Shown one piece after another: positions 1-12,464 of a stretch of DNA of 64,000 nucleotides (position 1 is the stretch's first letter; every line of letters starts with the position of its first letter). The position numbers were made by a program, and so were the translations under genes. The notes under the pieces are model-generated. The model saw only the letters and a program-made list of their open reading frames with translations. It did not search any database and was not told where the DNA came from. This DNA comes from Octopus sinensis (lineage: Eukaryota): NCBI RefSeq assembly GCF_006345805.1, contig NC_043000.1:61628001-61692000 (forward strand), given 5' to 3'.

Positions 1-430
1 AGGGAAAAGAAAGCAGAAAAAAGCTTGAGAAAGTGGCGTGGCTTTTGTATCAGTGTGGTCAAACTTGCTTGATTAGGATTCGATTTTTTTTTCTTTTTAG
101 TGATCTTTTGGGTGGGGAAGGAAAGGATTTTTTGTATTGAAGTGGTCGAAGTTTTTAGTTTGAAGATCAAATGTTTTTGATTTTCTCAAGTAAGAATTGT
201 AGTTATATTTCTTTATAATAGGTTTGATTGTATAACGTGGAAAATATTTTTCACACTTTCCCAGCTTATATGTTTCCGTAGATTTTACTTTTTTATTTCC
301 AAAGGCAGTAGACTTCCGTTATAAAACTGTAGAAAGGATTAACATTTATTACACCTAAGTATGTTTCTAGTGTAGAAGAATTTTCAACAAATTCTGAAAG
401 GTAACAGGTAGACTTTTATAAGACGGGTTG
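1..430 (-). pseudogene. Heavily decayed Penelope-like element 3' region (possible GIY-YIG end)
   Basis: Minus-strand translation across stops gives TYLGVINVNPFYSFITEVYCLWK*KSK, a weak resemblance to the PLE YIG..T.LS.Y.W.LK motif. Confidence 0.3.
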
Positions 431-812
431 TTTTATAACATCTTAACTACACAACCACACATACACACACACACACACACACACAGAGGCATATACACAT
501 TCACACACAAATATATACGTATGGTGCTGACTGATAGAGTCCTTTATGAGTCGGATGGAATGCTTTGCGGTACTTTGCAATTTCTGTGCCAGAGTCTAAA
601 GGCCTCCGGAATAATCCCTGCCTTTAAGGTTTATAAAAATAGTACCAATTTAGAACCATGGATTCGCAGTTTTGTGATGTATTGTAGTATCTGTTCAGAT
701 AACGTGCGCCTTGAGTTCAATGGAAAATAGCGGCCCTTGCGATATTGAGCAAAACTATGTGCATGGTACGGGAGTTCTTTAAGAAAGTAGAGAAAGGAAA
801 TTAGCGGGGCTT

Positions 813-846
<34 letters not shown>

Positions 847-879
847 ATATTGATAAAAACGGTGAGATAACAAAAGAAA

Positions 880-1106
880 GAAAGAGACCTCGATATATAC
901 ACCTACCGAGTCTTCACAAAGGAAATGAGAGAGGAAAAAGGAAAATGTTCTGCCTTTTTGAAGACTATGTAAATATTTACAAAACTTTTCATTTTTTGCT
1001 CGATTCAATTGCTTTATTCTTAATTAATATCCACCTTCGTTTTACGCTTAGTTGAAAAAGTCTAAAAGGTGAAACCGGTACTAACCGTTAAAAATGTATT
1101 TCATGA
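880..1106 (+). mobile_element. Non-autonomous repeat (family 3) with a degenerate hammerhead motif; interrupted by a mariner and continuing at 2352-2383
   Basis: Similar to the reverse complement of 44768-44990. The joined empty site reads gaaaccggtact..atgtatttcatgaTAaaattattttgtattctctaccttg. Confidence 0.6.
1044..1089 (+). ncRNA. Degenerate type I hammerhead motif, U3/A8 core
   Basis: acg-c-ttag TTGAAAA agtctaaaaggt GAAA CCGG TA ctaa-c-cgt. Helix I pairs and helix III has a palindromic tetraloop, but helix II is damaged. Confidence 0.5.
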
Positions 1107-1108
1107 TA

Positions 1109-2349
1109 TTAGGTTGTCAAGTATAAAATTTGTAGAAAAGAAAAAAGTTTGCTAATGTTTTACAAATGCAAGAAATAGTTTTATTCATCAAATTATTCAC
1201 CCATACTGTCAATCCACTTTTTCCATTTCAGCGGTAGCTTTTCCAGCCCTGAACTGTAGCACCCTGGCAATCTAGAGTCAATAAAATCTTGGAAGGCCTG
1301 TTTTACAACATCGTCGGAATAATTTTCTTTTCCTATCAAAACGTTATCCAAATTCTGGATGTTGTGGTAGTCAGTGGGGGCACGATCAGGTGAGAATGGT
1401 GGATGATGGAGAACTTCCAATTCCAACACCTGTAGTTTCGTAAATGTGTGGTCTGGCGTTGTCTTGCAATAAAACAGGAGTTTTATTAGTCTGTTGACTA
1501 ATCGCGGCTGTTTTTGTAAGTTTCTGCATCATTTGGTCCATGTGGCTGCAGTATACTTTGACTGTGATTGATGATGATGTGAAATCATGATGGCTAACAG
1601 CTGCGCCAGACCACAAAGCACACACCATCAGCTTCTTTTGATGAATTTTGGTTTTTGGACTGTGTTTTGGTAGCTCTTCTTTGTCCAACCATTGTGCTGA
1701 ACATTATGGCTGCTGTATTGGATCCATTTCTCAATACATGTTACAATTCAATTCAAAAATGATTCATTTTTGAGACGAGAAAGTAGCATAATGCTGTTTC
1801 TGATTTTCCTTGAGTTCATGTGGAACCCACATATCCAACTTTTTTTCTTTACCGATTTGAACTAAGTGAGTCAATACTGTTTGCTTGCTAACATCAAACA
1901 ACAACGATATTTCACGGGCACTTTGAGATGGATCTGACTTGACGGTGGCTTTCAGTTCGTCATTATCCACTTTTGTTTCTGGTCGACCGCGTTGCTCATT
2001 TGTGAGGTCAAAGTTACCAGAACGAAATTTTGCAAACCAATTTGATACTGTCTGCTGTGTAATAACATTAAAATGAAAAACTCCATTAATATTCCGAGCT
2101 GTCTGTGATGCTTTATTTCCAAGAAAGAACACATATTTCAAAACTGTACGAATTTCCGACTATAAACAAAAATGGCAAAAAACGATTTATAACAATTTTA
2201 TAACGCGCAAAATGAGTTAGAATAGAGAGAATAATGTATCAGTTTTCTAACAAAAAATTAAGATTGTCAATATATAATAATGGCGCAAAATGAGGAGCTG
2301 TCAAAGTTTACCATATGATTTACTACAAATTTCATACTTGAGGACCTAA
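1109..2349 (-). mobile_element. Full-length decayed mariner, cecropia/Hsmar1-like
   Basis: TIRs TTAGGTTGTCAAGTATAAAAT and TTAGGTCCTCAAGTATGAAAT with TA TSD. Broken transposase (2141 to about 1193) with WVPHEL, LLQDNARPH and HPPFSPDRAPTDYH motifs. Confidence 0.95.
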
Positions 2350-2394
2350 TAAAATTATTTTGTATTCTCTACCTTGTCTTATGTATATATATAT

Positions 2395-2449
<55 letters not shown>

Positions 2450-2543
2450 ATGTATTTATGTGTGTGTAAGTATGTGTGTAAGGAAAATAAGTCAAGGTAG
2501 AAAATGCTAAAATAATTTTATTAGGTTGTCAAGTATGAAATTT
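2327..2543. repeat. About 57-bp inverted repeat of the mariner TIR plus flank, around a (TA)n(TG)n microsatellite
   Basis: 2327-2382 is the reverse complement of 2487-2543 with about 7 differences. Confidence 0.85.
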
Positions 2544-3831
2544 ATATATATATATATACACATACAGATGAGAGAAGTTACGCTGTGTGCGTGTGTGTGT
2601 GTGTGTGTGGGGGGGGGTAACGTGTAACAATATCACATTTTTCAGTCAATAATTTCGAGAAGGTTAGATTTTAAAAACATTATTTTATAGCATACTTTTT
2701 ATTTACAAAGTGGTCTTAAATACAACTCTAGAATAAAATGCAATAAGTCCTTTCTTCGGTCACCGTCGCTGCGTTATCAAAATTAACCTTCATAACAGTT
2801 TGTTGTCTGGACACTTCGTCAGTGTTGGCTCTGAGATTCAATATATATTGCTTTCTCGTAAAAGGTTTGTATACTAGATCTTGTTTATTGCAGTTTTACA
2901 CTAATCATTTCAACTATAATATTATACATAACACATTAAATCAGTCTCGACTGACATGGAATTATATATTGCTAATATTCCCCTAATCACTACACACTTA
3001 GAGTCATTCCTTTGTGACCAGAGTCAAAATTTCATCTTTATGTGGTCTACTTAGAAATGCCTCGAACTGCGCAGATACAGTGAAGAAATAAGTTGATATA
3101 CAGAAATGTTCTCCAGATCAACGCTTCAGAAGATTATCGTTTTGTTAATATATATTTGAAATGTTTTCTGGACATAGCTTTTAGAACAATAGTTAAGTAG
3201 TACACTTTAATTAACTTTCTTAATTTCCAGGAGTTTCGTGTTGTGGGGAAGGTTTTGGAATCGCAGACTTTATTATAATATAGCTTTATCTTTAATCACC
3301 GTTATATGGCACTGTAATTTATATATGAGCATATATGTTATGCATATATGGGTACATAAATATTTACATGCACACACATATATATGCATACACGTATTTG
3401 TGTTGTGTGTATGTGATATTATGTCTGTATGTATGATGTGACTTCCGAAGTAAGACAGATTGGAGTCAGAACCTTTTAAATTTCATTTACGGGGACACTG
3501 TTGATCGAAATCGCCAGATACTTCAGCTTTAAAAATCATACTATAATAATAGCATAATTGAAATGTAATTATCATCTCTACGAGTTTAATTTTTTACCTA
3601 TGATAAACGTTTGTTTCACCTTAAGCGCAATAGTTGTTAAACTATTCTACGTATATACGAGAAGTAATATATTACTTCAATGCACAAATATTCAATGCAC
3701 ATATATTTCTTTGTGTCTGTTTATATAGTTATGCATTTACATACTCATTGAATGCAAAATTTAGAAATCCTTCTCTTCGAGGATATTACTAATCTCCATA
3801 ACAGTCTGCATTCACGTCGAATACAATACAA

Positions 3832-3913
<82 letters not shown>

Positions 3914-4149
3914 TGTGTGGATGTGTATAGGTGCTTTGTGTTTAACGGGATACATATACATAACTTGTAAAAACTTTTACTTTCATTGTCCTGGTTATGA
4001 TTCTTGATATTTTACTCTGTACATTCAACGTTTCCTCACGCACAGTAGTATATGTTTTTCGGTATATATGTTCTTCTCTTTCTCCTTTTATTCATTTAGT
4101 GTAAGTTTTGACCCAACAACAACTATTTGGTAGCATGTTTCTGAAGGAA

Positions 4150-6145
4150 TACATTATATCTTGTTCATTGTTTGTTAAAACTTAAGATGGTCTTACAGAT
4201 TTATAGTCCCTGATATCATGATAATATGTAGAGCATAAATGAAGCACTTGCGTTCGGTCCTTAATGTCCCAACTTCAACCAAACTTTGCTCCAGAAGGCC
4301 TGGGTATATATCATGTTGCTCCAGTAATATTAGGTATGAAGATGTAAGTGTATCTTGAGTACTGGTATTATATATGCGTCTCTTCTATTTTTAAATTATT
4401 ATAAATCTTCCACTGAGGTGGGAGCCGGTTTCCACCAAAGGTACAATGCTCCATCTTTGAGATGCAGTTAAGACAAATTTACATTTGGAACTTGAGAAAA
4501 GTTTTGCATATTTTTACTGTTCCACTCACAGATTGCACTGACAATGTATGAATCAGCCGGTCAATTTCTCTTTCTTAAAGCTTCTCCTTTAAGCTTTTAC
4601 TAAAAACATAGTGCTCCAATTATAATTGGTTCAATATGAATTCATAGTCTGGATATAGAAGCTGGAGGTTTCGAAACAGTTGTCCATAGATATTCTCTTT
4701 TCTTTGATTTTCCAAGAGATATTCATATCTGCAGGGCGGCTAACCTCTATGATGGTACATACATTTGCCCTTGTGCCCCAAGCAACAATATCCGGCCTGT
4801 TATGTTTACATTTGACATAGGTTTTGATGGGAATATTTTACAAGTATTCCTTGAGTTAGTGTTTATGCATGTATTCCATAACAAAGGGATTTTCTAAGTT
4901 TAATTCAGGACAGTCTTTTTTGCGGATGGCATTGTAAATTGTTTTAGCAACAACATCGTGCTGCATAGGGAGGAAGTACCCTGACATTTTAGGATAGCTG
5001 CTAACCACATGTGTAATGTCTTCCACAGAAACAAGACATAGCCTACACATGCGGTTGCACCTTGAGATTACAAGAGCGTCGCTGTCTGTCTTGTTCACCA
5101 GGTACTTTGTGGTAATCTCCTGTTCCTGGATTGCAAACGCATAACGTTGAAAGTGTGATGTGATGTAGAGGTCTTGTGTCCAAGAGACGTTGCGCTCGTG
5201 TCCATTCAATCATGCATGGAATTTTTTTTGTATGTTGTAAGAAGTATGTTGTATGAAGTAAGACAGCCCAGATATTTTGGGGTCGTATAGCAGATCATCA
5301 GGAAGAGAGTGTCTTTTAAGGAGTTTCTCAGCCAACTCGTGCAATGTTGCTCACTTCACTTTTCAGCACAGCATTAATATATTTATTTTTGTTGCTGTTG
5401 TTTAGCAGGTGCTGCATGAGTGATACCTAGAGCGTTCGAAGGCCGTCTTCACTGATCTCAGGCCTTCATTTCTTCTTAGATATAGCCTGTTAACATCACT
5501 GTTTCTGTGGGACTTCCCAGTTGTTGTCACGTTTTTGCGGATTGTAGTATCAATGGAGAGGATTTCCTCTGCAGATCAATCAAGTATCCCAAATGTTGGG
5601 ATCAGCATTGTTACTGAAAATGTATTGTGCGATATTGTTTCGTTGTAAGAGGAGAATTCCGACTGCCATATTTTCCTAAGTCTGATGTAATATTCTCGGG
5701 TCATTCTATCGTTACTCACAGTGCCTTCATATGATACAGTTCCGTCTATGCCTAGGTACTTGTAACATTATTTGTGTGGAATGGAGGAGATAGAAAGACC
5801 GTTGATGCTCAGGTTTGAAGTTTGGGGTAAGGACTTTCCTCGTTCTATAACCAAATATAAACACTTCTTTTGGCTGAATTCCATGCTTATATCAGCTGAA
5901 AAATTGTTATTAATTTCAGTTGTTTTTTGGCATTGTTAACACATTTAGCATAAATCTTCGGGTCGTTTACAAAGAAATTATTAATTACATTGATATTTCT
6001 AGCAGTTGAAGATTCTAGCGTGTAACCATTTATTTTCTGCAGTAGAAACGATAATGGATTTAGTGCCAAAATGAAAAGAAGTACAGAAAGACTATCTCTC
6101 TGGAATATTCTCTTTGAAATACCTATCCTATCAGAAACAATTATT
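4150..6145 (-). mobile_element. 5'-truncated non-LTR retrotransposon with restriction-like endonuclease (R2/R4/NeSL superfamily), decayed; second 3' end at about 4150-4380
   Basis: IFQRDSLSVLLFILALNPLSFLL, FFVNDPKIYA, YKYLG, AIQEQEITTKYL..CRLC..EDITHVVSS..HDVVAK, RPDIVAW..IIEVSRPAD, KICKTFLKF. Confidence 0.9.
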
Positions 6146-6149
6146 CTGT

Positions 6150-6260
6150 TCTCAGTTGTATGTATGTATGTATGTATGTATGTATGTATGTATGTATGTA
6201 TGTATGTATGTATGTATGTATGTATGTATGTATGTATGCATGTATCTATGTATCTATAAA

Positions 6261-6288
<28 letters not shown>
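6150..6288. repeat. (TGTA)n/(TG)n microsatellite; one example of dozens of (TA)n, (CA)n, (TATC)n, (ATT)n and (TTTC)n tracts in the window
   Basis: Direct sequence. These tracts produce the YIYI, CVCV, YLSI, HTHT and YYYY ORFs in the track. Confidence 0.99.
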
Positions 6289-6291
<3 letters not shown>

Positions 6292-6794
6292 TATGCTAGG
6301 CTACTCTCAATGCTACCGGTAACATGTAATCACGTACAACCTGCCGCATGATCGGACCTTCACACAATTGACCCAATCCTACCTAACCTACTTGGTGAGA
6401 AAGGTTGTTTTCATTATATACCCTGCAGGACAAAAAGCAATACCTTTCAAACAACGGGCGGACTTTGAAGAGGTAATGCTTAGCCGGCTTCTTCGAATAA
6501 ATTTTCTGATAGAACACCTGCATATTCTTCTACATCTGTACGAGAACATAGAAATACCAGATGTAAACCGCGATAAATCAATGAGTGTCTTCAAGTTACC
6601 GTTGAAGAACACGTATAGTTGAAAGAAATTCCAAGTATAGCCCGTCGCGTTTTAAATACAGCTTTGTACTACTTCCTATTATTTGAATTCAGGCATTAAA
6701 AATAGTCTTACTGAGGAATGTTGTAGCCTAGCGATTGCTAAAAAGTACCACATTAGTGTTGCTGTAGTCCATGTATCTGCTAGCTGTCATATAA

Positions 6795-9145
6795 CACTGG
6801 ACAAAATAGATTTTGCTACTGTGTTTCAGACTAAATCGAGGATACTGATTCTGAATCCGCACTCAGAATTGCACTAGCATGCCAGCGTTTGGAGTTATAC
6901 GCATGCGCAAGATTATAACTATATTTATTTCCGGGGAGTTTAAGGCCATATTATAAAATTTGCCTATATGAATAGCAGCAATAAAACAAACGCTGAGAAA
7001 GTTCATTATTTAGTGTAGCAATACATGGGGCTGACGTATTATGTACATGCGTCAAATACGTCCGTTTGTTCTTGGTAACTCTCAGTGTCGTTTTCGCTGT
7101 CGTCACATGTGGTATATGTAACTCTTGCTGTGCGTGATTACTGTTTTAACAGTGTTCATTAGGTTAAATCATGAATCAGAGAGGCTGTCTGAATCACCCA
7201 AACAACTTTTGTTATGTATGTGGAACATTTGCTCCGCGTGACCAGCGGAAGAACCTTACTACCAAATTAAAAACTGCCTATAAATAATATTACGGGTGTA
7301 AAACTGCCTATAAATACTATTTCAGGTGAAGAGAGGTGGACACCTCATATATGCTGCACCCGCCGTGTGTTAGGACTTACACAGTGGCTGAATGGAAGAC
7401 GGAAGGGAATGCTTTTTGCTGTACCAATAGAATAGGGTGAGCTAGCCAGTCATGTCTCTGGTTGCTACTTTTGCATGACTAATATTAATGGTTTCTCAAA
7501 GAAAACCAAAGCAAAAGTTGTGTCTGCAGAACTTAAGTTGGTTCTAAAACCGGTCCCACATGACTTCGAGAACCCTGTCCCATTTCCCCTCTCACATGAT
7601 TCACTTGAAGACCTTGACACGTCGCACGATGAACCCCTTGATTCTCTTATCGACGAAGAGTACGTAGTTAATTCTAAGAAACATGAGCCACGCTTGCTTA
7701 ATCAAGAAAATTTGAATGATTTGATAAGAGACCTAGCTTTGTTAAATGGGAAAGCAAGGCAGAAGTTTTGGGATCCACACTACAGCAACGGAATCTCCTA
7801 CAGTAAGGTACGAAAATTTCCATTTTCTCTTCTCGCCAGGCAGACTTATCTGCCTTTTTCAAACAAGAAAATAATGCTTGTTTCTATACTCACGTTAATG
7901 CACTCATGCAAAAACTAGGACACGAGCATGTGGCTAACGAATGGAGATTGTTTATAGACTCGAGTAAGGCTAGCCACAAAGCTGTGTTGTTACATAATGG
8001 TAATGAAAACACTTCCATTCCTGTGGGTCATGTAGTAGATTTGGAAGAAACTTAAGAATCGATGGAACTCATTCTGAAAGGAGTTAATTACTCATTCAAA
8101 AGTGGAATATTTGTGGTTATTTAAATGTGATTTTCCTCCTCCTGAGACTGAAGCTGGGATATACCAAAATTATGTGCTTCTTGTGTGTTTGGAACAGTCG
8201 CGACAACTGCAATTATTATACTGTAAAGACTGGCCTAAAGGATATGAGCGAATAGTTGGTCGGCACAATATGCAGCGTCTGCCACTGGTAGACCGGCAAA
8301 AGATCTTCCTTCCATCCCTTCACATCAAACTCAGCCTCATGAAAACTCCGTAAAAACAATGACACATGATGGTTGTGGCTTCTAGTACCTAAAAGTAAAA
8401 TTTGGTGCTGAGAAATGTGACACAAAATTGTCAGCAGGCATTTTCATTGGATCCAAGATCAGAGAATTGATGCCTGATAGCAAATTGAGAGGTAAACGGA
8501 ATCCAGTTGAGCTGACGGCATGAGATTCATTCGGGTTAGTTGTACAGAATTTTCTTGGAATTCATAGACCTGACAACTATGCTGATTTAATAAACAACAT
8601 GCTAGCAGCGTATGGAAGAATGGGATGCCATATGTCCCTTAAGATGCATTTCTTGTATTCTCATCTTGGTGCCGTTAGTGATAGTGGGAGGTCCCACCAG
8701 GAAATATCTGAGATGGAAAAGGAGTATCAAGGCCGGTTCAATCCACGCATGATGAGTGACTACTGCTGGTTCCTACAACTGGAGTCCAGCACGACGCATT
8801 AGCGCAAGAGCAAGTGTCTCAAACATTTTTCAGCTGAGCATATAAAAAATAAAGTGGGTATTCCCTTAACATAAATATACTATGTACTATTATATTATAA
8901 TACTATTTGTCTTGAACATGAATATGCTATATACAGTACTAATATACTATTATAATAATCATTTACCTTGAACTTAACTATTCCTGATACTAATATAGTA
9001 TTGGTATATAATTATACGCGTAACTCAAAATCCTGACGTGCTACATCAATTCTGAATTCAGATTCGGAATTAGCATACTCGATTTAGTTTAGTACAGCAC
9101 CATTTGTCTGGGTAGCAGAGAATCATTTTTTTTTGTTGCCCATTG
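6795..9145 (+). mobile_element. DNA transposon with long (about 100 bp) imperfect TIRs and a decayed transposase (about 7171-8843)
   Basis: TIRs CACTGGACAAAA.. and rc CAATGGGCAACAAAA.. share actaaatcgag..tcagaattg. Protein motifs CLNHPNNFCYVCG, LFIDSSKAS.KAVLLHNGN, PSLHIKLSLMK, MSLKMHFLYSHL, YQGRFNPRMMSDYCWFL. Confidence 0.85.
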
Positions 9146-9535
9146 AATTGATGTTTCCCTGTTCGTCACTGTATAAGTACGGAAAGTAATTAGCGAAAGG
9201 ATGGAACATGTTACTACATCCTACTCGCTTGCGAATGACACTATAATTATAATCCAATCTGTGTGGTCATGAAATACATCTAAGTATGATAGCTATCATT
9301 TGTATGTTTGAGGCTGCTTTATTTCAATTGAGGAAATCATACATATAAGTTGAAATTCCCGGTGAATTATAACAATTTAAGAATAAGTATGTATTAAAGC
9401 AAAGAATAGAATATTTAGAGCCATTTTCATACAACATAATAAATTCATAATAAGTAATATACATATATGTATATCATCTCCATTTTGTACATCTTCAGGC
9501 ATATTCTGAAAATAATATACTTTACACGAGGAAAG

Positions 9536-9608
<73 letters not shown>

Positions 9609-9855
9609 CAATGAATAGCTTTGCGTAAACCATTGTTCGCTTTGTTCTCTTACTTTATTATCATCTTATAATCATTTCATAATAATGACTTTTATGACTC
9701 TTATTACTATCTCAGTCAATATAAATGTATATATTTGTCGTTACCTGTCATAAAAAAGGCCTTTTTTTATTTGCAATGTGCATTTTCATTGATTTTTCAT
9801 ATTTTACACTTACATTTCAACGTGTATTTTATATTTTCTTTTTGTAACATATTTC

Positions 9856-9898
<43 letters not shown>

Positions 9899-10121
9899 AT
9901 ATATAGCTTAAAGTATTTATCGGAGTAAATTCTATATTGCAATCTTTGTCGTGTTAAGTGCATTATTTTCAGAATATGTCTGAAGATTTACACATGGGAG
10001 ATGATATATACATATGTACATACCTATTATGAATGTATTATGTCAGTATTAATCTAATGTATTTTCCATGTTGAAATAAAACATATGAAACAGTATTAAA
10101 ATGGTCCCACATATGCTGTTT

Positions 10122-10163
<42 letters not shown>

Positions 10164-10329
10164 ATATATGTATATACATACATATATATGTGTGTGCATG
10201 TTTCTGCATATATACATATACATATATCCGCCAATACTGACACACATATATATTTCACCATAACATATCTTTATTATTGTCACATTGCCTTTGTGCAAGT
10301 GTACTTATAGTGGGTACTATTATGGTCCT

Positions 10330-10862
10330 GTGATCGAAGTTTGAGCCTGATCGCGTCATATAAAGAAACATATCTATGAAAAAAATAAAAACATATTTCC
10401 GATTTTACAGTGCAAGCATGACCGCTCCACTAGCAACGTGCACCGAAGAAGAACAAACAACAGTGATCCGATTTCTTTGGAAAAGTGGTGTATGATCAAT
10501 AGTGCAAGATACAATGCTCTACTAGCCAACAAACTGAAGCCAGCAATTCGCACCAAGCGCCGAAGCCTATTGTCGAAGAAAGTTTTGTTGTTGCATGATA
10601 GTGCAGACACACACATGATCGCCCAGACCAATGAAACCATTAACAAATTGGGTTTCGAGGTGCTGGAATACCCTGCCTATAGCCCAGATCTCGCCTCTTC
10701 CGATTAGCATATCTTTGGACCGCTAAAAGATTGTGTATGAATGGTTGCTGGCCCAAGTGCATCGGAAAAGAAGGAAACTGTATACAAAAATGAGGTACTT
10801 CTTTATCCTCCGCTTTTGTGTAAATACAGTGAAAAAACCTTGATTAATTCTTGAATCTCCTT

Positions 10863-10864
<2 letters not shown>
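10330..10864 (+). mobile_element. Internally deleted mariner (irritans-like)
   Basis: MTAPLATCTEEEQTTVIRFLW is joined directly to LLLHDSA...EYPAYSPDLASSD; TIR-like right end attcttgaatctcctttata. Confidence 0.85.
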
Positions 10865-10893
<29 letters not shown>

Positions 10894-10915
10894 GCACACG
10901 CACACAACACACACA

Positions 10916-10990
<75 letters not shown>

Positions 10991-11039
10991 CAAACAGACT
11001 ATCAGATGTCTTTACTCACCACCGGTCATAATGGGTTCC

Positions 11040-11870
11040 AATTTGGACCCGAATTTTTTGACTATGTCATCTTCTCGTCTAGGAGGTTTTAAGAGTAGTC
11101 ACTTCTGATCCCATGAATAAGTGCGGACCAGTGAAAGTTTTGCTCTCGGTATCTACCACTCCATTTTTCCTCAAATTACCTCATTTCGAATCCACGCACC
11201 GTAACGATATTTCTATTGTGAATATTTCCACGAGACTGAATCGTTTCCAGCCGTTGTTCTTCTTTCTTAGTACCCATGTACCACTTACATATAGGAGCAT
11301 AGGTAGGACAACAATATTGAGGATAGAGGTATAGTGTGCATGTGTAACTATTTTGAATATATCTCTTAAATCTTGGTCTTTCTCTATACGAGATTTCTGC
11401 GTTAGTGTCAAGGTAATATATATATATATACTGTATCTCCTAAATAGATATGCTTATTTACCTCCTTAAATTCACTACTTCTCCACCCCAACAATATTCA
11501 ACCGTCTGCTACATTTTCGAACCACATGCATTTTGTTTTCCTTCCGCTTATTTTGAGGCGTACTGCTGAATTTTGTACGGCCATTTCTGCGAGTTTGGTC
11601 TGCAGTTGACTTGAATTTTACGCAATGTACGAATCTGTGGTGTGTGTTGATGCCTTCATTTCAAACTAATGTTTCTGATAAGCATTATGCGGCAACCGAT
11701 GAACGGTTTTGCATAAATAGTATCTCTTTGTTTGTCGCCCTAACGAATGGAAGTTTTACGTGTGATGGTGCTATATCTCGATTACACACTTCAGAGATTT
11801 TTAATATATGTCCCAACTCTGCATCTCCAGTGACATAGCACTACATTTGCACACAAGAGTAAAAATTCAA
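11040..11870 (-). mobile_element. RTE-type LINE fragment, decayed
   Basis: LKISGRKTKCM, HIYLG, ILNIVVLPMLLYVSGTWVLRK on the minus strand. Confidence 0.7.
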
Positions 11871-12369
11871 TAATTTCATAGTGGTTACTTTGAAAATAGG
11901 CTGAGTTCTCTCTTTATATTTTCTGAAATATTTGCGAAGTATATTTCTGTGATATTTTTCTATCTCTTACTAGAACTTCAATTCTACACGTAATGCAAAT
12001 GCAATTTCTCTCTTCTGGGCGACTGATTTAATAAAGAACTGATAATTGTTTTGAATGTAATAATAATTCAGAGGATATGTATTAGACTGGGGACATATTA
12101 AAGTGTAAAATATTTTCAGGCCCTCCGCAATTTCATGACATAAATTTCACATCAAGACATTTTGCACGTTTCTGCAGCTTCTTTTCATTAACCGGGCAGA
12201 TATTTGATATCTTTATATATTTGAATGTTAAAATAACTTATTCATTTTTATTCATGTTTATTGCAGTCATTTAGCTTGGTGGAAAACGCTACAGTTCAAA
12301 TTAATTTTCGCTGATATGCCAAAAGCTTCACTTCTCTCTCCCCTTTTCTCTCTGCCCCTATCTCTTCTC

Positions 12370-12439
<70 letters not shown>

Positions 12440-12464
12440 CTCTTTCCCCCTCTCTCTCTCTATA

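Noticed and set aside
3230-3315. Possible plus-strand exon tttccag|G..CACT|gtaatt (SFVLWGRFWNRRLYY..)
   Set aside because: Only one open frame, no recognisable protein and no partner exon.
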